From: Clostridiales bacterium
GTDB lineage: Bacteria; Bacillota; Clostridia; Saccharofermentanales; Saccharofermentanaceae
NCBI GenBank assembly: GCA_017617525.1
Contig: JAFZWA010000064.1
Span: forward strand, 325 to 64,324
Direction: 5' to 3'
DNA: 64,000 bases
A program made the position numbers and the translations under genes. Positions within the stretch are counted from its first letter, which is position 1. The number at the start of each line of letters is the position of its first letter. This document shows positions 17,528 through 24,562 of this stretch, piece after piece. The notes under the pieces were generated by a model. It worked only from the letters and a program-made list of their open reading frames with translations, searched no databases and was not told where the DNA came from.

Positions 17528-17564
17528 CGCCGATGGAATGAATAAATTACCCGGAGGTCAATTC

Positions 17565-18818
17565 ATGAAGGTATTAGTAGTAGGCGGCGGTGGCCGTGAA
17601 CACGCAATTTGCTGGAAGCTTAAGCAGAGTCCGAGAGTAACGGAACTTTATTGTGCACCGGGTAATGGCGGTATCGCCGAGATCGCGACATGTGTGCCGA
17701 TCAAGGCAACAGATGTTCCCGCGATGGTTGATTTCGCGAAGAAAGAACAGTTTGATCTCGTTTTCGTAGCACCGGATGACCCGCTCGCTCTGGGTATGGT
17801 CGATGAGATGGAAAAGGCAGGACTTCGTGCTTTCGGTCCATATAAGAACGCGGCGATCATCGAAGCGTCCAAGGCTTTCTCCAAGGAACTGATGAAGAAA
17901 TACAATATCCCGACCGCGAAGTATCAGACATTCACGAATCAGGATGAAGCACTCGCTTATCTTGAGACACAGGAAATGCCGATCGTTATCAAGGCGGACG
18001 GACTTGCTCTTGGTAAGGGTGTTATTATCGCTCAGACACTCGACGAAGCAAAGAAGGCAGTAATCTCCATGATGAGTGAAGGTGTTTTCGGTGCATCCGG
18101 CAGCACAGTCGTTATCGAGGAGTGCATGGTCGGTCCGGAAATGACGCTTCTTGCGTTTGCCGACGGTAAGACGGTTATCCCGATGATCACATCCCGTGAC
18201 CATAAGCGTGCTTATGACCACGACGAAGGCCTCAACACCGGCGGTATGGGTGCGGTTACACCGGGCGCGGATCTTACTCCTGAAGAAGAAAAGAAGATCT
18301 ACGATACGATCGTAGAACCTACCATAAAGGCTCTTGCAACAGAAGGTCGTCCGTTCAAGGGCGTTATCTACTTCGGTCTTATGCTCACAAAGGAAGGCGC
18401 GAAGGTAGTTGAGTACAACGCTCGTTTCGGTGATCCGGAGTGTCAGGCGATCCTGCCGCGTATGGAAAATGACCTCATGGAGCTCGTTGACGCATGTATC
18501 GACGGAACTCTCGATCAGGTCGACCTTAAGTGGAAGCCGGGCTGCTCCTGCGTTGTCGTAATGGCCAGTGGCGGATATCCGGAAAAGTACGACAAGGGTT
18601 ATGAGATCACAGGTATCAAGGAGTGCGGACACATCGTATTCCAGGCAGGTACCGCTCTTAAGGACGGAAAACTCGTAACTGCGGGCGGACGTGTTCTCGT
18701 TGTATACGCGGACGGCGCGACAATGGATGAAGCGATCGATTCTGCTTACGAAGGCGTTAAGAAGATCTCCTTCGAGAAAGCTCACTACAGAACAGATATC
18801 GGAAGAACACTCGGCTGA
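17565..18818 (+). CDS. purD: Phosphoribosylamine-glycine ligase
   Basis: MKVLVVGGGGREHA... and ATP-grasp body. Start at ATG 17565 behind GGAGG. Confidence 0.95.
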   Translation: MKVLVVGGGGREHAICWKLKQSPRVTELYCAPGNGGIAEIATCVPIKATDVPAMVDFAKKEQFDLVFVAPDDPLALGMVDEMEKAGLRAFGPYKNAAIIEASKAFSKELMKKYNIPTAKYQTFTNQDEALAYLETQEMPIVIKADGLALGKGVIIAQTLDEAKKAVISMMSEGVFGASGSTVVIEECMVGPEMTLLAFADGKTVIPMITSRDHKRAYDHDEGLNTGGMGAVTPGADLTPEEEKKIYDTIVEPTIKALATEGRPFKGVIYFGLMLTKEGAKVVEYNARFGDPECQAILPRMENDLMELVDACIDGTLDQVDLKWKPGCSCVVVMASGGYPEKYDKGYEITGIKECGHIVFQAGTALKDGKLVTAGGRVLVVYADGATMDEAIDSAYEGVKKISFEKAHYRTDIGRTLG

Positions 18819-18830
18819 TAACTCGAGACC

Positions 18831-18841
18831 AGTGCTTTTCG
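18831..18841 (+). repeat. Dispersed word RGTGCTTTTCG, intergenic copy
   Basis: AGTGCTTTTCG begins 13 nt after the purD TGA stop. Confidence 0.9.
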
Positions 18842-18880
18842 ATATGAATGATTAAACCGAAAAAGAGAGGAGAAAACGGT

Positions 18881-20068
18881 TTGAAGATCGGTATTTACGG
18901 CGGGGCATTTGACCCATTTCATAACGGCCATCTTTCTATGATCCGCGGCGCGGTGAAAAGTGGAAAGGTCGACCGCGTGATCGTCATCCCGACGGGTATG
19001 CCGTGTTTTAAGCCTTCTCGCAAGGTCACGCTTTCTCCTTATCGTTACTATATGGTCAAGGCCGCACTTAAGGACGAGCCGAAGTGCGAAGTATGCGATA
19101 TCGAGCAGGTCTTCGGAAAGCCCAGCTACACGGTGGATACGCTCAAGAATCTTCGCGAGCAGAAGGTCGTTTCCGATAAGGACGAGCTGTTCCTGATGTG
19201 TGGTTCGGATATTCTTTTCGAGTACGAATCCTGGTATCAGCCGGATGAGATCTTAAAGTACGCGACGCTCCTTTGCGCGCTTCGTCCCGGCATTGATGAG
19301 GGGCAGGCCAGAAATCAGGCGGCGCATCTTGAAGAGGTATTCGGTAAGAAGGTCAAGTTCTTTAAGATCGACGGGATCGAGGTCGCATCCAGCAAGATCC
19401 GTCGTGACGGTGATTTCGGCGATGTATGCGACGTAGTTAAAGAGTTCATCGAAGATCATGATCTTTACTCGGAAGATTCTCCTTTGATGAATGTTTCCGA
19501 TGAGATGTATAAGACATTGATGAAGCACTGCTTTACGCTTTTCCATGAGATGAGCGGAAAGCGACTTCTTCACAGCATGAACGTCTGTGTCGTATCGACA
19601 CGTTACGCGATGCGTTTCGGAGCGGATCCGGATAAGTGCGCGCTGGCAGGACTTCTGCATGACTGCGCAAAAGAACTTCCCGAGAAGCAGCAGATCGAGC
19701 TTTCGGCAAAGATCATTCACGGATATATCCCGGGAAAACAGATCCTGCATTCGCCGGCCGGTGCTGTTTACGCGAAGGAACATTATGGCGTTGAGGATCA
19801 GGAGGTCCTTGACGCGATCCAGTTCCACACGATCGGAAGAGAAGTAATGACGATCACGGACAAGATCGTTTATCTGGCGGATAAGATCGAGCCATCGCGT
19901 CATTTCGATGATCTTTCCGAGATCAGAAGACTCGCGGAGACCGATCTCGACGGCGCTTTGATCGAGTGCTACTGCGCGATCAGAGAGAGCTTCGCGGAAA
20001 AAGGACAGGAGATCCATGAGGACACAAAGAATTCTTTGAAGTATCTTCTGGAGCATCGCGGTAAGTAA
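18881..20068 (+). CDS. nadD: Fusion protein: nicotinate-nucleotide adenylyltransferase (NadD) plus HD-domain YqeK phosphohydrolase
   Basis: (L/M)KIGIYGGAFDPFHNGH is the NadD N-terminus. The C-terminal half has the HD motifs HSMNV...LLHDCAK...HxxxG. TTG 18881 sits 8 nt after AGAGGAG; the ORF track starts at ATG 18848, which has no RBS. Confidence 0.85.
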   Translation: MKIGIYGGAFDPFHNGHLSMIRGAVKSGKVDRVIVIPTGMPCFKPSRKVTLSPYRYYMVKAALKDEPKCEVCDIEQVFGKPSYTVDTLKNLREQKVVSDKDELFLMCGSDILFEYESWYQPDEILKYATLLCALRPGIDEGQARNQAAHLEEVFGKKVKFFKIDGIEVASSKIRRDGDFGDVCDVVKEFIEDHDLYSEDSPLMNVSDEMYKTLMKHCFTLFHEMSGKRLLHSMNVCVVSTRYAMRFGADPDKCALAGLLHDCAKELPEKQQIELSAKIIHGYIPGKQILHSPAGAVYAKEHYGVEDQEVLDAIQFHTIGREVMTITDKIVYLADKIEPSRHFDDLSEIRRLAETDLDGALIECYCAIRESFAEKGQEIHEDTKNSLKYLLEHRGK

Positions 20069-20137
20069 GAAAGTGCTTCTTGCAAACAAGAATTAATGTG
20101 TATAATGATATTAGATCAATAACCTTGGAGGGTGTAG

Positions 20138-20476
20138 ATGGAGATCAAAGAATTAGCTGATAAGATCGTTGAGATTCTGGAGAACAAAAAAGGCGTAGAC
20201 ATCGAGTTGATCCCGGTTTCCGAAAAGACAGTTCTGGCTGACTATTTCGTTATCTGCTCGGGTACTTCCTCGACACATATCAAGGCACTCGCAGATGAAG
20301 TCGAGTACATGCTCAAGCGTGATTATGACGTAACACCGGACCACATCGAGGGCCGTGAATCCGCAAGATGGATCCTTCTGGACTATAAGGATGTCGTCGT
20401 ACATGTATTCCATCCGGAAGAGCGTCAGAACTATAGCCTCGAAAAGCTCTGGGAGATGAAAAAGACTGCCGAGTAA
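20138..20476 (+). CDS. rsfS: Ribosome silencing factor
   Basis: 112 aa with LADYFVICSGTSSTHIKALADEV...WILLDYKDVVVHVF. Confidence 0.92.
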   Translation: MEIKELADKIVEILENKKGVDIELIPVSEKTVLADYFVICSGTSSTHIKALADEVEYMLKRDYDVTPDHIEGRESARWILLDYKDVVVHVFHPEERQNYSLEKLWEMKKTAE

Positions 20477-20504
20477 TTCTTTACAGGCGTTCAATGAAAA
20501 AAGA

Positions 20505-20541
20505 AAAAGCCGAAGTACGGATCCGTGCTTCGGCTTTTGTG
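20505..20541. terminator. Bidirectional terminator between rsfS and the MATE gene
   Basis: AAAAAGCCGAAGTACGG-AT-CCGTGCTTCGGCTTTT hairpin with A and T runs on the two sides. Confidence 0.85.
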
Positions 20542-20545
20542 TTTA

Positions 20546-21922
20546 TCAGTTGTTGACGATGTTTCGAACCCACATTCCGCTTCGCACCATGAAGAAGCCG
20601 ATCGTCGCTTTGAAGAATTCCAGTGACCTGACGATGGCGACCATCCAGGTGATGCTAAGTGTCGTGTAACGGCTCAGAACGTAGGCGATCAAAACGACGA
20701 CCACCCATGTGTAGACAGCGTCGAAGATCATGGTGACAAACGCGTTTCCGCCTGCTCGTAAGATAAAGTAGGAAGCGTGCGAGTAAGCACACAGCGGCAT
20801 CGTCGCGCCGGCGATCATGATGAAGCCCGTCGCCAGGTGGCGGATATAACTGCTTGTATCGTAAAGAAGCGGGAAGAAGGGCGCGATACCGACCATGACG
20901 ATACCGAACACCAGACCGCAGAGCACGGTGAAACGACGCATCTTATATGCCGTTTTCTTCGCGTCGGAAAGATCTCCGCTTCCGAGGATGTGACCCATAA
21001 CGATACCGACGGCTTCACCCATCGCGATGAACGAAACGCCCATCAGGTTCCAGATGGTGGATTCGATGTTGATCGCGGCGACCGCGTCGAGGCTTCTATA
21101 GGAATAGCACTGGTTGATAACGGTCATGCCGAGTGCCCAGAGAGTCTCGTTACCCATGAGCGGAAGTGCTTTTACGATAAACTTACGGGCAAGTTCGCGA
21201 GGAACTTTAAAGCTGGAAAATGCGCCGCGGATGAACGGGAACTTGTCTGAGTGTGTAGCTGTATAGATCACCAGGATCGCGAGCTCCACAAAACGGGAGA
21301 TGACGGTCGCGATCGCGGCACCGACTGCGCCGAGAGCAGGAAGTCCGAACATACCATAAATGAGAAGGGCGTTACCAACGAGGTTAACGACGATCGCGCA
21401 AAGGGAAGCGACCATCGGGACCTTGGTCTTGCCGAGATCTTTCAGAGTGCCGGCATATGCCTGTGTCAGACCGATCGGGATCAGTGAGGCGAGCATGACA
21501 TGGATGTAGTCAACGCCGATATCCAGGATCTCTGCGGCATCCGCGGGATCACCTTCGCCATGGAGGAACAGCTCGACCAGGAAAGGAGCGGCGATCACAA
21601 ACGCGATGATGCTAAGTGCTGAAAGGATCGTATTGAGGATGATCTTAAAGCGGAACGAGTAGCGGATGCCCTCGGTATCGCCCTTGCCGTGATACTGCGC
21701 AGTAAAGATACCCACACCGGCGGTCGCGCCGAAGATGAGAAGATAGAACACGAAGATCAGCTGGTTGGCGATAGCCACGCCGGAGATCGCGTTCGTTCCC
21801 AGATCACCGATCATGAGATTGTCCAGAAGGTTGACGAAATTAGAGATGCCGTTCTGGATCATCATCGGGATGGCGATCATGAGAAGCTTCTTATATTGAT
21901 TTTTATCTTCTTTTAGTGTCAC
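20546..21922 (-). CDS. MATE-family efflux transporter
   Basis: 458 aa, 12-TM pattern, N-terminus KKLLMIAIPMMIQNGISNFVNLLDNLMIG. GTG start. Confidence 0.85.
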   Translation of the reverse strand: MTLKEDKNQYKKLLMIAIPMMIQNGISNFVNLLDNLMIGDLGTNAISGVAIANQLIFVFYLLIFGATAGVGIFTAQYHGKGDTEGIRYSFRFKIILNTILSALSIIAFVIAAPFLVELFLHGEGDPADAAEILDIGVDYIHVMLASLIPIGLTQAYAGTLKDLGKTKVPMVASLCAIVVNLVGNALLIYGMFGLPALGAVGAAIATVISRFVELAILVIYTATHSDKFPFIRGAFSSFKVPRELARKFIVKALPLMGNETLWALGMTVINQCYSYRSLDAVAAINIESTIWNLMGVSFIAMGEAVGIVMGHILGSGDLSDAKKTAYKMRRFTVLCGLVFGIVMVGIAPFFPLLYDTSSYIRHLATGFIMIAGATMPLCAYSHASYFILRAGGNAFVTMIFDAVYTWVVVVLIAYVLSRYTTLSITWMVAIVRSLEFFKATIGFFMVRSGMWVRNIVNN

Positions 21923-22018
21923 GAGTTCTGCCTCTTTTTATGTCTTTATATCTATTTTCTGATCCGCCCTGTGAAAGCAGATCGGAATTGTCGTGCGTTT
22001 GAGAATTGTAGCAGATTA

Positions 22019-22029
22019 GGTGCTTTTCG
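22019..22029 (+). repeat. Dispersed word RGTGCTTTTCG, intergenic copy
   Basis: GGTGCTTTTCG in the 408-bp MATE / padR intergenic region. Confidence 0.9.
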
Positions 22030-22265
22030 ACAATAAGGAAGAAGAATATAAGGATGATACTGATAGTATAAGAAAAGATAGTTATGTTTTTCCTTCTCCG
22101 ATTAAGAAACAATTAAGGAATATATAAGGGACAATTCAAGTATATCCGAGCGTAAAAGTATAGACTTATGGTGTAGAAGGGCGGCGGAAATATGGCCCGA
22201 AATACACTGAAAGCCAGTAACCGCAGCCGTTTGAATGGAATTTGAAAAAATAGTGCGAATATGTG

Positions 22266-22294
22266 TTGACACATAATACTATACGCCGTATAAT
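22266..22294 (+). promoter_or_regulatory. Consensus sigma-A type promoter of the padR operon with overlapping palindromes
   Basis: TTGACA (22266-22271), 17-nt spacer, TATAAT (22289-22294). The palindrome ATGTGT-TG-ACACAT (22261-22274) covers the -35 and TATACG-C-CGTATA (22280-22292) covers the -10. Confidence 0.8.
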
Positions 22295-22330
22295 ATAGCC
22301 AACGATACAATATGAAAGGAGAAATAGTAT

Positions 22331-22645
22331 ATGGTTTTCCAATTGGGTTCAACTTTATTGGATGCTTGCGTACTGGCAGTCCTGACCAAAGGTGACGCGT
22401 ATGGGTATACACTTACGCAGCAGGTTAAGACGGTACTGGATATTTCAGAGTCGACACTGTATCCGGTCTTACGCAGACTACAAAAAGATTTCGCACTTGA
22501 GACTTACGACGAACCGTATCAGGGTCGTAACCGAAGATATTACAGAATCACAGATCGAGGTAGAGAGCTTTACAAGTACTACTTAGAAGAGTGGAACAAA
22601 TACAAAGATTCAGTAGATTCATTGCTTGGAGGGGATACAAAATGA
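22331..22645 (+). CDS. PadR-family transcriptional regulator
   Basis: LDACVLAVLTKGDAYGYTLTQQV...ESTLYPVLRRLQKD winged-helix signature. Confidence 0.9.
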   Translation: MVFQLGSTLLDACVLAVLTKGDAYGYTLTQQVKTVLDISESTLYPVLRRLQKDFALETYDEPYQGRNRRYYRITDRGRELYKYYLEEWNKYKDSVDSLLGGDTK

Positions 22646-23427
22646 ATAAGGAAACATATTTGCAGGAACTTCGCAAAGGATTGAAGATCCTGCCGCAATA
22701 TGACAGAGACGAAGCCGTCGAGTTCTATGAGGAGTACTTCGACGAAGCAGGCATCGAGAATGAAGCAAAAGTGATCGAGGAATTAGGTGAGCCGAAGATC
22801 CTTGCAAAGAAGATCCTCGTTGACGTAGTTGACAGAAAGTACGAAGAGACGATGGCGGCAACAAATCCGGATTATTCTTCGCAGAACGCAATGGCCGTTG
22901 TACCGGCTCCGACAGCATCAGGATTTGACACAAACGCAGCAGCAGGCGCTACAGCCACGGCAGGAACAGCATACGGCGCTCAGGCAGAAACACTTCCGCC
23001 GGTTCAGCCCCAGGCTCAGAAAGAAGAGAAGAAGAATGATCAGCCTTCCGCACTGAAGACACTTCTGATCGTTCTCGCGGCGATCTTCGCGCTTCCGCTT
23101 TCTCCGGTGATCTTCGCGCTTCTGATCGTTGTAAGCGTACTCGTATTCGTAGCGTTCGTAGTTTTGATTTCCTTCTTGATCGCAGGTATCGCAATGTTTG
23201 TGGCAGCGATCGGAACTATAGTATTCGGACTGATCGCTTTGTTTATTAATCCGGTCGCAGGCATGTGCGTCTTGGGTTCCGGTCTGACGGTATTCGGTCT
23301 CGGCATCTTCTTTATCATCGGTTCCATCGCACTGATCAGAATTACGGCTCACGGCCTGGCTAAGGGACTCGGACGTATCGTCCACAAGAGAAACAGAAAG
23401 AATAAAGCAGCTCAGGCTGGCGCTTAA
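22642..23427 (+). CDS. DUF1700-type membrane protein (PadR-operon partner)
   Basis: MNKETYLQELRKGLKILPQYDRDEAVEFYEEYFDEAG, then TM helices. The ATGA start overlaps the padR stop. Confidence 0.8.
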   Translation: MNKETYLQELRKGLKILPQYDRDEAVEFYEEYFDEAGIENEAKVIEELGEPKILAKKILVDVVDRKYEETMAATNPDYSSQNAMAVVPAPTASGFDTNAAAGATATAGTAYGAQAETLPPVQPQAQKEEKKNDQPSALKTLLIVLAAIFALPLSPVIFALLIVVSVLVFVAFVVLISFLIAGIAMFVAAIGTIVFGLIALFINPVAGMCVLGSGLTVFGLGIFFIIGSIALIRITAHGLAKGLGRIVHKRNRKNKAAQAGA

Positions 23428-23449
23428 TGGGGATAAGGAGAATAGTAAA

Positions 23450-24355
23450 ATGAAAGCATTTACAAAAGCAGCATTAATTGTAGCAAGTGTTTCGCTTGTA
23501 TCCGGACTTGCACTGACATTAACTGGAGCGATCATCAACAGGGGTAAGCAGGTCCACATGTATTACGATCACGGTTTCAAGATTGATTCCGAAGGAAAAG
23601 TACAGGAAATGCCGAAGACTGTCGTTGACGGTTTTAAGGACATCATCGTAGATGTACCTGCATCCGATATCAAGTTCATCGAAAGTGATGAATACGCGGT
23701 TGAATATAAGATCCGTGCAATTGAAGTCACCTGTGAGTCGAAAGACGGAACACTTAAGGTCTCTACCAATAAGAAGAAGTTCGATATCAACATAGGCTTC
23801 TTTAGCTGGGATTCTGAAGATTACTATGTATATGTTTACTACCCGAAGGGAGCTGACTTCGGAACCGTGGATCTCGACAGTTCCGCAGGTGACGTAATCA
23901 TCGAAGAAGGCTTTGACTGTGATCTTCTGAAACTTGATCTATCTGCCGGTGACGCGAAGATCAAGCACGTAAACGGTGCGCTCGAAGTAGATATGTCCGC
24001 AGGCGATTTTGAAGCTGAGAAGTGCGAGTTCGGTAAGTGTGAATTCGATCTTTCCGCCGGTGATGTTGATCTTCTGTACTGCACCATCGGCGGCGGCGAA
24101 CTGGATATGTCCGCAGGAGATTTCGATGCAAAAGGACTCACTCTGACAGCAAGTTTTGATATCGACATGTCCGCGGGCTCCGTTGACATCGAGTTCGTTG
24201 AAGGCCAGAAGATCGGTTATGATTTCGACCTCTCTGCCGGATCCGCAACGATCAACGGTGAGAAGCGCGGTGATGAGTTCACCATGAAAGACGGCTACGA
24301 TATCGTACTTACAGCTGATATGTCAGCAGGTTCGATCGATATCATCAACAAATAA
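23450..24355 (+). CDS. DUF4097-type repeat protein (putative adhesin-like)
   Basis: N-terminal TM helix plus repeated D(L/M)SAGD(x) beta-strand units. This is the usual third gene of PadR-DUF1700 operons. Confidence 0.8.
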   Translation: MKAFTKAALIVASVSLVSGLALTLTGAIINRGKQVHMYYDHGFKIDSEGKVQEMPKTVVDGFKDIIVDVPASDIKFIESDEYAVEYKIRAIEVTCESKDGTLKVSTNKKKFDINIGFFSWDSEDYYVYVYYPKGADFGTVDLDSSAGDVIIEEGFDCDLLKLDLSAGDAKIKHVNGALEVDMSAGDFEAEKCEFGKCEFDLSAGDVDLLYCTIGGGELDMSAGDFDAKGLTLTASFDIDMSAGSVDIEFVEGQKIGYDFDLSAGSATINGEKRGDEFTMKDGYDIVLTADMSAGSIDIINK

Positions 24356-24562
24356 GTAAAGGTCCGAAAAAAGGGGACCGCTTTAAGTAAAATCAAAGAC
24401 AAAAAAGAAACATGAAGTGCGCTGAAAAAGCCGATTTTCACAGCGCTGGCGGTAGCTTTGTCTAAAAAAGGAGAAAAAACACATCAAAGTTTCCGCTAAG
24501 AGAAAGGGGGCGATGCGGTCATCGCCCCCGGGACAAAAGGTAAGAAGAATAAAGGTGAGAAA

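Noticed and set aside
21923-22130. Guanidine (ykkC) or other riboswitch in the MATE exporter leader.
   Set aside because: The minus-strand sequence lacks the conserved GGGA/ACGG/CCGAGAG-type cores, so there is no convincing match by eye.
23850-24340. Repeated D(L/M)SAGD units as a novel tandem repeat.
   Set aside because: This is a normal feature of DUF4097-type beta-helical proteins. The units are divergent at the DNA level.
24411-24464. 17-codon ORF (MKCAEKADFHSAGGSFV) as a leader peptide for the ABC genes.
   Set aside because: There is no Shine-Dalgarno sequence upstream, and the sequence is better explained as one arm-loop-arm of a hairpin.
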